A stretch of DNA of 64,000 nucleotides from Chrysomallon squamiferum. Lineage: Eukaryota; Animalia; Mollusca. The notes under the pieces were generated by a model. It was not told the origin of the DNA. It did not search any database and saw nothing but the letters and a program-made list of their open reading frames with translations. The position numbers were made by a program, and so were the translations under genes. Of the stretch, positions 1 through 14,480 are shown in pieces; position 1 is the stretch's first letter, and each line of letters opens with the position of its first letter. The stretch is taken from assembly GCA_012295275.1 (NCBI GenBank), contig CM022670.1, positions 41,354,001-41,418,000 of the forward strand, read 5' to 3'.

Positions 1-91
1 CCATCTTTCAGTTTCGAAATCGTAACATGAGAAAGAGAGATGCTTACAAGAAGAGGCAGGTTTTGTAAAAATAGCATACTGAATAAAGTTA

Positions 92-159
92 CAGTTACGA
101 TCAGTAAATGATCATAGATGATGTGCAGTTACGATCAGTAAACGATCGTGGATGATGTG
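92..159. repeat. 34 bp tandem duplication (2 copies)
   Basis: cagttacgatcagtaaatgatcatagatgatgtg / cagttacgatcagtaaacgatcgtggatgatgtg. Confidence 0.9.
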
Positions 160-553
160 CGTCAGACGTGAACGTTGTGAGTACGCGGGTGTCACTTCTG
201 CAACTACGCCAACTCTCGATTAGTTCGTGAATTGCAGATGTCAGCTGTCTCTCCTTCTGCACCTACTTCAGCGTTTGTTTCTGACTTTCGGAAATCGGTT
301 CACCAAATTTTTGTCCGCTAAAACCTAAGTACGTTGAATGGAATTCCGATAAATGGAGGATTTTCTGTGCTTTGAAGCCATAGCAACCTATAACACAACA
401 AGTACAATAAAACGTAGACAGAAAATATTAAAAACTTGAGATCGGTAAAAGAAAATCTAAAAAAATTAACATAACGTCGTTCACTTTCTGTTAAAAACAA
501 CAAGAACAAAAACAACAACAAACAAATAACCCATACACACATATACACATACA

Positions 554-592
<39 letters not shown>

Positions 593-1002
593 CAACACTC
601 AATAAAGAAAGAAAGAAATAACTGACATATACTACAAACAGAACAGGCTGGTTTATTTACGTTTTCCCCAGTCGTAATTGGAATAAAATTTTAAACAGTT
701 GTTAGTGTCAGTTTCAGGTTTTTACCATTTTTCTTCTTGCATGACTGGTGTTTCGTTTTCTTCAATATTCATTTACAGTCATTACTTATAAATCAAATCC
801 TGTATAAACTGATTACATTTATCCATTCGTACATTCAGACATATGTGTTATGTGCATAAATAGTAAATATCACTTTTATGCAAATAAAAAGAATTTTAAG
901 TAATAATTTCACAAACATTTAAAACTCCATTTATCAACATTTATCATAAACCGCATCAGCTTGTACAAACACTCATCAAAGGTTGCGATCAGTTATTTCC
1001 TG

Positions 1003-1140
1003 TTTATGGGAAGGTCCTTACTGCTAACAGAAAAATATGAGCCCATTGCATGGTAGCAGTCTGTGATCTGTGTGGTCGTTGATTAGATATAAAAATGCCT
1101 TCGTGTGTCATTAAATAATAATCCAGAAATTCTTTCTTTC
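1003..1140 (+). mobile_element. Decayed SINE-like repeat, 3' part
   Basis: ccttactgctaacagaaaaat..agccca...atctgtgtggtc...gtgtgtcattaaataa followed by a short (tctt)n tail; related to the 21930-22150 copy in the opposite orientation. Confidence 0.45.
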
Positions 1141-2159
1141 TCTGCTGTAATCAGATAAAAAAAATTGGTTAGTCTCAAGAGATATAATATTCAGTTTACT
1201 GATTTTCAGCTGAACCAACTCTAATACTTGACCTGCCATGAGTTAATGATCCACTAAACACACACACTCACGCACACATACATATACACACCTGAAGTAC
1301 ACATGTACAGGCTTACTCAACACATACACGCACCTATATAAATAAAACACATACACAAACCTTCACACACTCACAAGATATACGTACACACAAAATATTC
1401 ATACAACAAACATATATATATATACACAAAACTGCGAATGCCTGTGCATGTGTGCGTGCACATATATAAGTGAATATCTGTAAACATTATATAGATAATG
1501 ACTCAGTTAGACCATGAAGACCTACCGACAAAAAGATTATTTCGCTAAAAATAACATCAAGACGTTGAAGATTTGTTAGTACAGACAAGTTCTTCACGAT
1601 AAGTAACTGACACCGGAAGCTGGATCAAAGGATAAACTGAGGTTTCCCACTGCTCCGTGAAAACATTTCCACAATTGTTTCAAAATGTTACAACATGCGC
1701 GTGCTTCTTTGTGCTTCCTCAAAACATGAACACAGACTTGTTACTGTGCGCATGAAGAATGCTGAAAGTAAACGGACAGTTATTTGATTCAGACATAGGG
1801 TGTTTTCGTTTAAACTTACAAGAGAAGAAACTCGATAACAGCATTATTATCTATTATTATAAATATATATGGTTACGATATACGGAGTTGGAACGGGAAA
1901 TATTTTCGGTAGATTGATCCATTTGACAACAGAGTTTCTATTATTTATTTATTTCTTTCTAATTATTATCACTGTACTTAAGTGGACTGCACCTTTAACA
2001 CGCCCGCTAGATTGAGTGTTATTAAATTTTTCTTTGATATATTTGTGTGTTTTTTTTTTATCAGAAAAAAAAAAAATGAAGAAGGGTAAAAGCGATATAG
2101 CTATCACTTAACAAATTACGGCAGTAGCACGTATAGCTTTTAACATAATTAAATTAACG

Positions 2160-2760
2160 GTCAGCACGACGTCCCCAAACGCCACGACGTAGTTGCTACT
2201 TAGCGTTATGAGATAACCCGAGCTTCCCCAGCGTTCAGGTAGCGCACCACGGCAAAGTGGTGACGTCACGTGGCTTTACTTCATTACGTATGCAAACAGC
2301 GAAATAATCCGATAACGCCGAACCCGCTGGGACACGCCCAGTATGGCGGCCGAAGCAAAAAGCAAATCTCTCGATTGAAGTGAATGCCATTAAGCTATTT
2401 GATCAGATACTGGTTATGGGAGAGTCCTGAAAGTGATAGCAGCATTCCGGCACGAATCTGCTGCCGTACGGCGAACTTTAGCAAGTTGGTCATAATTGAG
2501 AAACAAACTTGCTGATTGTTCACGTGCCGTCACGTTTCTTTCATTAGCAATTGCGCGCGCGCGCGCGCTGCCAGACAGACGGTGTTAAGAGCGTGAAATG
2601 TACATGTGAAAGCACGCGCTTGAACTGTTTGATGCCTAGAAACATAGCTGAATGTTTACGTTTGCTGGAAGAAAAAAAAAAAAAAAAAGCAGACTGATAG
2701 AGAACACTGACGTCTGACTCTGTTCTACCGTGCTCGCCCAAACACGGGTCATTTCACGCG
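2160..2760. promoter_or_regulatory. CpG-rich patch, candidate promoter or enhancer
   Basis: Locally GC/CpG-rich. Overlapping CRE and E-box TGACGTCACGTG at 2261-2272, YY1-like ATGGCGGC at about 2343, CACGTG at 2521, (GC)8 at 2553-2568. Confidence 0.45.
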
Positions 2761-2938
2761 AAATGTAAGTCAAGGTAAACTAGAAAAATAAATAAACAAA
2801 ATAAAAATAAAGCTGATGTTTTACAATTTTATAATTAATTAATATATATATAGTGATTCAAAAATCAATTAGTAATAAACACTACTTTTTCATTTTATTT
2901 TATTTATGTTTTTTTTTTTTTTATTATTATTGTTGTTC

Positions 2939-2994
<56 letters not shown>

Positions 2995-3161
2995 AATATT
3001 TATACATCCACATTCATGTATATCAGTGTGTGTATGTGTGTGTTGTATACATAAACTGTTCAGTTGAAATGGTTCCAGTTTATTTCATCACAGTCATTAA
3101 AAGTTAAATCAGTTTTATTTAAATGTTTTATATTAATAAATATCACCATAGCTTCATTCTT

Positions 3162-3192
<31 letters not shown>

Positions 3193-4019
3193 TTATTATT
3201 ATTATTATTATTATTCTTCTTATTATTATTATTATTATTATTATTATTTTATTTAAAACGAATAACTTGGGCTCTTTAGTTATCTATTTTAATTTGAAAT
3301 TTTCTTTTCGTTTACGTAAAATGAAACAAATGAAATGTCTGTCTGGTCTTTTGAAGGTTAATGGTTACTTCTGATTCACGATGTGAGTTTTGTTAGTAAA
3401 CTTCAGATTAAATGTTTTGTTTAATAAATACGTCTGCATCGCATTGCTTCATCAAATGTCTGATAGGGCTGGGATTGTTTGTTTTTTTATCCAGGTTATG
3501 AGTAGGCGAATATTACAGATGACTAACGCTTATAAAGAATAACCTTTGAAAAATACTAAATTCAATTACGCTTGACATCATTTAAAACTTAATGTTAGAA
3601 AGCGATGAGATTTCATTAAGTAAATATTAATTTGTTCTTCGGTTATGTTGCGTTTGGAAATAATGATTTCATTTATTTGACTTATCTTGACGTATCGTCA
3701 TTTCCGCACAGCAATATACTCGCGTTACGTGTTTCATTAAAACGATTCGAAACTGCGGCTGTCTACTAATGAAGATGAATCATTTATGAATGAGAGTCTG
3801 AATCAGTGTCTATTCTAGTTTGTGTGAAGGATTATGAAAAATATTTGGCAGCAGTATCCAAATAGTGATGGTGGTGGTGGTGGGGGGAGGATCCAATCAG
3901 AGAAAAGAACTTAATAAATTTGGTTGATTTATAATTAAATCGATTAAAGTGTTTATTTTATGTTTCATCTGTGTTTATATATTCAAAATAATTTCTTTTG
4001 TCATATTTCTCAGTACTAA

Positions 4020-4096
4020 GCCTTATACTCGAGTCTTTGGGGCAAACAATCAAGGAGTTGGCCCCGGGCATCACCAGACCTGAGCACGCCACTAGG
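4020..4096 (-). mobile_element. Fragment of a probable hAT-like DNA transposon end
   Basis: Minus strand TAGTGGCGTGCTCAGGTCTGGTGATGCCCGGGGCCAA..., a GC-rich CAGTGGCG/GCCCGGGGC-type terminus in AT-rich context. Partner end not found. Confidence 0.35.
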
Positions 4097-4229
4097 GTTT
4101 GGTCATACAGGATGTGAAACAAAGACCCCTTACTGTCCATAACACAATGTATTAGGTCTCATCTAAAGTTTATATATCAAATTCAGTAATTCCTACTTCC
4201 AATTAATCTAATTTTAAAAATATTATTAA

Positions 4230-4302
<73 letters not shown>

Positions 4303-4659
4303 AAAACATAGTATAATACAATATAAAAAACAAGAATATTAAAATAAAATGTCATAAACTTTATCCCATTAACACGTTCCTCACTTTTCTCAATAACAAA
4401 ATGATGCCGAGGTGATGCTATCGCTGCTGATGACGTCTGTGAGACGAAGTACACCCGAGAGAAAACTCAGACGTGTTGCATGCACGTGTTTGCGCGTTCT
4501 GTGCTAACATGAATAACGTAGTGTTTGCTAGAATGTGTCTCTGCAGAACAGACGTAGTACTGGAAACATTCAACTTCTTTCTTTTTCAGTCACTGTTCTA
4601 CATAAATAAATAATGGAATTGTTCGTAAAGGATGCACAAGGACAGAATAAAATAAATGA

Positions 4660-4691
<32 letters not shown>

Positions 4692-6366
4692 AATAATAAT
4701 AATAATAATAATAATGGTTAGTACAAAACGTGCAGTTTCAACAACAGTGAACAATAAACTAAATAACGTTAAATGTCAGAAAAAACTAAACTTAATAATA
4801 ACGTACACAGATATTTTAAAATCAAGGATAAATTTTATTATATTCGTGCTAGAGAATTTCAAAATTAAGTTTAATTTAAAAGGAAAAAATAAATTAAAAA
4901 ATAAAAATAGAAAAGAAGAACTCATTTAAACTGATTTATTTTTTAAAACAAACCACACAGACATTTAAAGATGAATTGTTGATCAGCTGTATAAGCTGTA
5001 GATAAACGTCGCTGAATTTAAAGAAACTTTATTTGAAACATGTTTTCTTTGCAACAAAACGCATAGCACGTGTCCACGGAACAATGCAGCAACGAACGGA
5101 AATGACATCAGTTTGACGTCATAATACTGTTTTGTTATTATAACAACAACATGTTTTACTCACGGAAACGTGGTCTCTTCTTTTAATGTGTTCTGCAGGT
5201 TCAAAGAAACTGCAAAACAAATTCAGCAAAACATCCAAACTTTTTTAAAAGTAAAAATAACAAGATTTATGGAGGATGATAATAACATTTTTCATGACGT
5301 CATCATTCTGGTGATAGAAATTTTAGAAATCGTAAAATGAACGAGGCAGCAACCCTGTTATGAGTATGCTTAGAAGAAGAAGAAGAAGAAGAAGAAGAAG
5401 AAGAAGAAGAAGAAAAAAGAAGAAAAACTAAACTAAAAAGAAAGGAGTGGGGAGGGAAGGAAAAAAGACCACCTGATTAATCATGGCTGCTCACAGTCTT
5501 TGAACATGCAACCTACAAAGTATTAGTTAATGAAATAAAAAAAAATTATATATGCTACGTGTGTGTACTTTATTAACTCCAGCTGACATATCTATTACTG
5601 GAAATCACTTCCCCCAGCCTCTAAATGAATAGCACGTGACTTGATAGATAGAAAACGTCTGGTTGTTGTATCTAAATTCCACCGGTTCCGCCATCTGTGT
5701 TTTTGTTGAATTCCTCCCTCGGCTGAGATGCACCAGATTGGCGAGAGTCTCTCGTTGCGCATCGTCATCGTTGGCGTCGACAGCACAATAAAAACAAACG
5801 TCGTTGATTTATCCAGCAGAGGTCGCTTCCGATTTCCACACTATCAGCATTTCCCCATCTGCACTTATCACATGGACCAGGTGTTTTCAAAATGGCGTTG
5901 AGCAAATCGGCAAACTGCAGATAAATATTTTGTTAACTTTTCTTGATTCTTCTCTCAGGGGAGATAAATGTTCAAGTAGATTACTAAGTAATTGTTGGCT
6001 TTGTTCAAAATAAACACGCGTTTTGTTTAGGCGACTGTCAGTTTTGTGTTTAAATGAACCGTACAAGAAGGCTGCAAGTTGCACACGGTGGCTAGCTAGG
6101 TCAAGTAGTCTAATTACTGTGACGATGTATCTAGACAGAAAATAAAGCAATCATTTAAATACAGGGAAAGTACACACAGTCAAGGACAGAAATATATTAA
6201 ACGGATATATTATAGAATTCACGGAAGAACAGACATATGGATTGCGGGGAGAGAAAGAAAGACAGAAATAAAACGAAAATATCGTGTAGTGTTTCATTTA
6301 TTTAATGACATTCCATTATAAATCTAGATACATGTTCTCAGAAATAAATTAAATTACTTCTTCTTT

Positions 6367-6404
<38 letters not shown>

Positions 6405-7522
6405 TTTTTAAGGTGTTCAGTGCTTGGTCTATTCAGAGCTCTGCACTTCAGTGTTGCTGAGTAAAGCAGATCAGCAATAGTTGGAAATACTATCAATCAC
6501 ACGACAAGCCCAGAGCCAATTTTCTAAAAATGAAATCTCCGTTTTAAAAGAGAAAATCAGACCACATCCTTATTCAATTCTCTCCCGCCGTCACCATGAT
6601 GACCGTGACGTCATTCGACAGTTAACGCTGATCAATTACATTGTCATTCGATTTAAATAATCAGAGGCTGGGGAGGTAACTCCAGAGAAGCGACTATTCA
6701 TATTAGAAGAGATCTAGTCAAATGCCGGTCACGTGACAAAATTTGTGGAAGAAATTAAGACGACGATATCGATTATTGCGGATGCAGTTTGCTGAAGCCG
6801 ACTGGAAACTTGATTACTGTGGAAATCATTGTGTTCTTTAAGATCTAGTTGCAAAAATCGAACTCACTCAGTGAGTGGGTAAAGGAATTTACGAGCCCAG
6901 ATGGCGCCACTTGGGATATTGCCACACTGAAACAATCGATAAGTTAATCTAGCATCTCAAACATCACCGTCAATTCAGTAATGGCCGAATTCGGAACAAG
7001 TCTGTCATTTCGATCCTTTATAAATGTGCTATTTCGCAGCTAGAAGGGGAAAAAAAATTAAAAATGATTTTTTTTTTTTTTTTAAAAACATTTTTTTTTT
7101 TCTGTAATGAAATTAAACAGACGTTCGGTAAATCAACAGAACGTAATTATAGTGAAAGAGAAATGTACTTTTACACACATCCACACACACACACACACAC
7201 ACACATTGTATATTCAAATTTAAATACATGAACATCAACTGCATTCAGCACGTATTCACCTCATTACAGAAGCTGAGACTCTGAATTCAGCTGAAAATCT
7301 TCATCCTACTGCCCGACCTACGTCTGCTACATGAGACATTGTGTACTTTTAGCTACAGATTGACAGAGATAAGAACATGTAGTTATCTATGGAGAACTCT
7401 TATAATGTGTGTGTGTGCGTGTGCGTGTGCGCGCGCCTGAAATAAGATTCTTTTTGATTTATGTACAAATTATAATTATTAAATTGATAAATAAATAAAT
7501 AAATAAATAAATAAATATATTA

Positions 7523-7581
<59 letters not shown>

Positions 7582-9126
7582 TATTTGTTTTCTTTTTCTG
7601 ATTTGTTGTTTATGTTTGTTTTTACTGATTTAAAAATTATTCAAAATATGTCATAAACTCGATACCCGAATACACGTATTAACATAATTTTGGCCAGTTT
7701 TCCATCTGTAAACAAAAATGATCAAACTGAGGTTTGAGCGGGTGCAGTATGTGACTGATTCTCCTTAATGAAATTAGTTCACTGTGTGGCAGTACTCGGA
7801 CGTTACCGCCAGATGTCGCCACTGTACAATACGTATGTCACACTAGAACCGTAATTCATTCTGCTGTAATTCAAAATGACCACAGCAGACGACTGCCGCT
7901 CGTGGGAGGAAGCTCCAGAAGCACGCGCCAACGTCATTAACTTTCTTTATGTCGTCTGCTGACCGGACACTCTCGTCTGAACCTGGTCGAACTGGCGGGA
8001 AGGAATTAGAAAGAGGCTGATTGTACGCGAGAGTAATGTTGCTAAATTTACTACCAGTTACTGGGTAGTTTTCAGTTTGCCTTTCTGAACTGTGTTAATT
8101 AGAATGACTGAATCGTGGGTGAGGTTTAGATCCGTTATATCACTCTGCAATAATAACTATTTTACGATAAAAGCTGGTTTGCTGAATTTAGCAACAGACC
8201 TTTGTATCGAATTACACCAACACTCGCTGATGTATAATAACATATCGATGACGACGAATATATTTACATCAGAATAATATACGTATATCCCTGCATACAG
8301 ACAAATACAGCACAACACGTCCATAAATATGTAGACACAAACACTCCATTTTCAAATCAATATGCTTGTACTCCTCTCTCTCAGATATAATCCAGACTCT
8401 TCAAACTCAGTTAAATATTATAGATCTATAATAAAGAAAGAAAGAGAGAGAGAGAGAAAAAAAGAAATAAGATGAAGGAAACGAGCAACGAGAAGTCATT
8501 GTTAGACTGATTAAATATAGTGTGTCACGTGATTGATATCCAAACGTAAACGTGGTCACTGGAGTCCAGTTCGCTTGACCTTGTTGTCCTCAGGTCTCGC
8601 TAGTTTTTATCGAGGTGGTCACAAAGGCAATTAAAAGCACAGTAGATTATTGCATTACATTAAACACGTTGAATGGCTTTGATAAAATCAATTATTAATT
8701 TATTTCAGACACTGACCGATGCTGCCGGATAATTTTCTTTGTCCTTGTTGGCCCTAGTCCACAAGGGGCGCTGAGCCGGATATTGCATTGTCCAGTCTGT
8801 CCAGGCTTTGTGTCCACCGAGGCTGACCGCTGAACGCAGGCCGTTTCTCCAGAGATGTGTAATCAAGTTCACTGGTTTTTAATGAGTCACTGATTCTTAT
8901 TGTTTTGTTACGCTTCTGTTAATACTCGTCTAGGCATACAGCGAATTTAAATACGTTAAGAAATTACCCGCGAGGACGTTTGTTTATCATTTTTACTTAA
9001 CTCTTGTTGAGAGGTGAATGAGAACTGTTCAAAGTTGTTAGCTGAAAAACTGAACCAAATGTGGATCATGACCATGATTATTTTGATATAAATGTCTAGT
9101 ATTAAATAATGAAATAATGAAAGTAA

Positions 9127-9128
<2 letters not shown>

Positions 9129-9220
<92 letters not shown>

Positions 9221-9465
9221 AGACAGAAGATCTGAGAAAAGAAAAAAAACCAAACAGAACAGAAATGTTAGAATATGGAAATTATTTCTCTCTAGCTATT
9301 TATTACCCTGACCTTTTTTCACTGTGTAAAAACGTTTTAAATGCTATCATACTGTTTTATTGATTTTTAAAAAGCTATAATCTGCAACCGTTATTCGAAA
9401 TAATCTTCCCAGTTTTTCCCAAGACTCAAACAGCCAGCATTGGCGTGTTGGATTTGATTTTAATT
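9129..9465 (+). repeat. Dispersed repeat, copy 1: (AG)n followed by ~250 bp unique body
   Basis: Reverse complement of 23147-23466 with long identical blocks, e.g. cagaacagaaatgttagaatatggaaattatttctctctag and aaacgttttaaatgctatcatactgttttattgatttttaaaaagctataatct. Confidence 0.95.
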
Positions 9466-9841
9466 GTTCGTGGTTTTCGCTCGCTTTAATCAAATTACTG
9501 TAATTTACAGTCAATGATACCTTCGGTGCACCCCCCCCCACTGGACCACAATTACGTGTTTAAACAATGAGGAAGATGGCGGGCTGTGTTTTCAAACATG
9601 TCAGTGAGATGAGAGAGTACGAGATACTGAGCGGCACTGTAACGTATCCTTAAAACCTCTCGCGTTTTCTTGTGCAGTTACAAGTGAAGCAAACTCCAGC
9701 AGTGACATGTACACAGGAAAAAACAGAACAAGAAGAGAAAAGTATCTGACGCTATGAGTTAGTACTCAGTTAAAAAGTAAAATCTGGTGTTTTATATTTA
9801 ACAAACATATGAATACATGTTAAACATGCAGAGTATACATT

Positions 9842-9903
<62 letters not shown>

Positions 9904-10072
9904 CAACAACAACAACAACAACAACAATAACAATAACAATAACAATAACAACAACAACAACAACAGTAATAATAACTGATAAACTAACAAAATGAAATAA
10001 GAAGTGAAATGGAAATTCCATCACAACAGACGCAATGCCAGATATGTACAGATATTCTGTGGAGAATGAATT

Positions 10073-10119
<47 letters not shown>

Positions 10120-10538
10120 TTATTTATCTTCCGGAGAGCGATTTTTAAAAATTAGTCAGATCGTTAAACTTAACCCTTTCCAGCGACACAACATGAGACA
10201 TTTCCTCTGTTTTTAATTTTTATAAAAAAAAACGTTTGGAGACTGATGGATTTTGATTTCAGGGAAAGTTCAAAGCAGAAGTTCTGTAGGATCAAAGAAA
10301 TAAAAGTCCCGTGAAATATGTCACGTGATAATTTAAAAAACAAAAATCGTGTCCTTTTGATAAAATGTGGCTGACGTTATAAAGAAAGATGAAGTAATAT
10401 TAAAGAAATAAATTTTAGGTATTAAACATAAACGTAGAGACGCTTAAAGGGAAATAACTTTTACACGACAAATAAAATCTTTCGTTATGAGATACATTTA
10501 CAGACCTTTTCTCATGGCCTATGTTGTTGTTGTTGTTG

Positions 10539-10590
<52 letters not shown>

Positions 10591-12268
10591 TGGAAATGAC
10601 ACAGAGACGTATAAACTGTGAAAAAGATTTCCGATCATTTTGGTGTAAAGAACTGTTAAATAATTTAACAAAGGCTTATTTCTACTATTATTTTTTATAT
10701 ATCCATGCAGTCTGTCATTGTCAGATGAATTTCATACCTGGTTTCCTGTGATTTCGAGCAGTAATTATAATGTTAACTTTCTGCTGGCGTGGATAAAGAA
10801 ACCAAAACCATTTTTATCGATCTGCGCTAACATTTATTGTCAAAATTCACCGACTACGAAAAACCCAAGAGACTGGAAAAATCGATTTTTTTTTTTTTTT
10901 TTTTTTTACAAAATACCAGTTGAAGTCTTGGTAACAAATAATTTTGACGTCTCTAATGGATTATCAATATAACTAAATATTTACCATTTTTTTTTTTTTT
11001 TTTTTTTTCAAATATGATTTAGTCGTGTGAGAACTAATGCAGTCTGCTGCTTCAATACCAAAGTTAAAACAATGTTGGCCACCGTATCGCTGGTCTTCAG
11101 TTTCTGGTCTGTCACGGAATTAGGTTGGACGCCGGCAGCAAGGCCAGATTGAATAGAAATAATTCGCATTAAGAATGGCGGCTGCTGTTAAGGCGATTAA
11201 AACTATTACGACTACAAGTGGCATAATGAAGCAGACACTAAAATAACCGAGTTCAAACAACCGATCTCCGATTGTTCGCGCACGACGCAGACATAAAAAC
11301 GTCATTATATCCATGTTTGCTGCGCGGTCTCAAACCACGGTTTGTAAAATGACATATGGCGTGGCGATTGTAAAGAAGGCGAAGGATTATTCTTAGTAGA
11401 AATCAATGATATAATAAACAGAATAGAAAAAGTTTTTGTTGAGGTTTAATTAGCAATCCATATCGCTTAACAGTAATATTCACAGGTAACAAAGTCAATG
11501 ATTAAATCTAATTTTATTTGATATAAATTGGATATTTTCGTTTTTCCGTTCTGTGTTAAAAAATGCGTTTGTCTATTCATGCATTATGTTATTTAATTTT
11601 ATTATTATTCGTCCATGCATACATGCATAACCACTTACACAGACAAACAGACACGCTCTCCAGCAGGTGTGCGTGTGTGGGTGGGTGCGTGGGTTTGTGC
11701 GTATGTGACAGCGTACGCGCGCATTTCCGTCTTCTTCCTATTTTATCGAATCATCCATGGTAGATTTACTACAGACAGTGTTAGGTTATTTTCTGTTAAT
11801 GCGAAGGTACACAGAAAATCTCACATGCTGCTAATCAATAGTGTCTCTCACATTACCACTACAAAAAAATCGTACCTACCAGCTGCTGGTACTAGAAAAC
11901 AAGTCATTTATTTATAGTCACACAAGGACATGCACGTGCGCACACAGACGCTCACACAATTCTACTCTTTGTCTTTTGCACACACAACCACACGCACACA
12001 CAGACAGACGTGTGCACACACTGTCGTTCTCTTTCTTGAGCTATTCGGGTTGATAAATATATATGATCACTGGTTAATATAATTATGTTTACAAACGTAT
12101 GTTGTTCGTGACAGCTATAAACGTTTAATACTACGTTACATTACGTTACGTTACGTTACGTTGTATTATATTATGTTATAAATAAAAAAGTCATATTGAA
12201 ATCAAGTAATTAAAATATTCGCCGCTTGCACTGGGACAGCCAGCAGACGAAAATGTTCCAGCGCTCAC

Positions 12269-12282
12269 GTTGCCATGGAAAC
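12269..12282. promoter_or_regulatory. RFX X-box motif
   Basis: GTTGCCATGGAAAC matches the RFX consensus GTNRCC(N0-3)RGYAAC closely. Motif match only. Confidence 0.45.
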
Positions 12283-12371
12283 GGGTCAATCGAATTTTCG
12301 AGGATATCATAAATTGTAGAAATATGACACACAACTTAATTACATTGTTGGTCAGTGGTTTAAAAGTACTG

Positions 12372-12443
12372 TTAACCCCTTAGTTCTCGTCTGCTTCCTC
12401 TGTAAAATGTTCTGTGTGGAAAGGAAAAAACTGAAAGGGTTAA
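12372..12443. mobile_element. Tiny piggyBac-type element, TTAA-CCC...GGG-TTAA (64 bp internal)
   Basis: TTAA|CCCCTTAGTT...AACTGAAAGGG|TTAA: TTAA duplication plus imperfect ~11 bp TIRs. Confidence 0.55.
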
Positions 12444-12643
12444 TGAATTTTATTAATCTTCTGCGAGACTGCCGTGTTTTATATCTTACAAGAGCTAAAA
12501 CTGTCAGGAAGATAAAGTGAAGATTTATACATCAGCACATTTTTGTACAAAATTATTTGACTAATTTGATGTTAGTGTAAGTCAATCTACAAACATGCCT
12601 GTATGTTTATTTTTGTGTATTTGTGTGTTCTGTTGTGTTTGCA

Positions 12644-12676
<33 letters not shown>

Positions 12677-13506
12677 CGAATTAGAATAGAAACCAATTAA
12701 AGAAAGAGTGAGAGAAAGAAAGAGAAAGAGATAAAGAAAAGTGAGAGAAAGAGAAAGAGATAAAGAAAGAGAGAAAGAAAAAGAGATAAGAAAGAGAGAG
12801 AAAGAAACTTGTGAAATGAGATAAAACGATATTAACTGTACGGAATATAAAACAGATGAATTTATTGTGACTGACAACCTTTCAGTGATACGTCAAGTCC
12901 GAGGATTTGAACTGAAGACCCTGTGATAGCTTCACAATAAAACTTTAAGTCAGACACGATATAAGTGACAGCACGGAGACAGATCTGATAACGTTAGTGT
13001 TTCAGATGAAACCACTTCATCTGCAGTGTTAAAATGTGTCACGTGACTCACACTAGTGAGATCTGGAGCTAAAGCGAACTGACATCATTTAATTTAATTT
13101 ATTGCTTTCCGTTTAGCTTATGTGACAAATAAATTTTTGAGCCAAACATTTTTAAATGTAAGCAATAAAAACAAGATGGGTAGTTTAGAAATTTATAGTC
13201 CGCACTGCATTCTATCGATTTCAGTAGCAAACGCATGCACACACAAACATACACACACATACACATTTACTTACACACACGCACATACACAAATACACGC
13301 TTACATGCATACATATATACACACACATACACATAAACACACAAAAACACACACACACTCGCATACATATACAATTATACACACACATACACAGATATAT
13401 ACACACAAACACACACACACACAAACACACAACATACACACACTACACAGATCCTCACAATCAGATTCCCGTACACGTCTCTTTCCTAACATTTTTGTTT
13501 TTCAAA

Positions 13507-13584
<78 letters not shown>

Positions 13585-14034
13585 TATTTTATTTGGAAAT
13601 CGTGTGCTAAGGACTGTTTCTCAGTAGACTGAACCCTGCGTCTTTCCAGTCTTGTTCGTGACGAAAAGCTGAAGCGCAGCATTTGCAGAAAGTTCGGTTG
13701 ACGGAATTAATTGGAATAATGAAATAGGATTTGCGCAGAAAAAAACAGTTTGATTTATTGCAGAGGAAGTTCAATAGGCGTTCCGACCAGTTCGAGGATT
13801 CCTGTGGGATTTTTCTGCTGGAATTCGATAAGACTGGAGTTTTTTCTGTGTGACGCAAGACATCACGAAGTATCACAAACAACACGCCCGGTCCAATATC
13901 ACTCGTGCAAATACATTATTCATGAAACTCGATGTAGCACGGAGCCAAACTGCAGTAATAATTAGCGAGTAAATGTCATAATATCTTCTTGTGTAGAATT
14001 CCACCGAATATTTCCCTTCATACCGTGCAATCCA

Positions 14035-14480
14035 TGTTATGCAGTCTATGCAATGTATACAGTGCATATTATACAGTCTATAAAAACAATGCGTATTATA
14101 CAGTCTATAAAAACAGTGCGTATTATACACTCTATACAAAACAGTGCATATTTTACAGTTTATAAAAAAACAGTTCACATTATACAGTTTAAACAAAAAC
14201 AGTGCATGTTATACAGTTTATACAAAACAGTGCATGTTATACAGTTTATAAAAAACAGTTCACATTATACAGTTTAAACAAAAACAGTGCATGTTATACA
14301 GTTTATACAAAACAGTTCACATTGTACAGTTTAAACAAAAACAGTGCATGTTATACAGTTTATACAAAAACAGTGCATGTTATACAGTTTATACAAAACA
14401 GTGCATGTTATACAGTTTATACAAAACAGTGCATGTTATACAGTTTATACAAAACAGTGCACATTATACAGTTTATACCA
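14035..14480. repeat. Minisatellite, 28-29 bp unit, about 15 copies
   Basis: Consensus aaaacagtgcatgttatacagtttatac, with a variant aaaacagttcacattatacagtttaaac. Confidence 0.95.

Noticed and set aside
6729-10328. Ancient 1796 bp tandem repeat implied by equal spacing of three E-boxes
   Set aside because: No similarity in the flanking sequences and later spacings differ; treated as coincidence.
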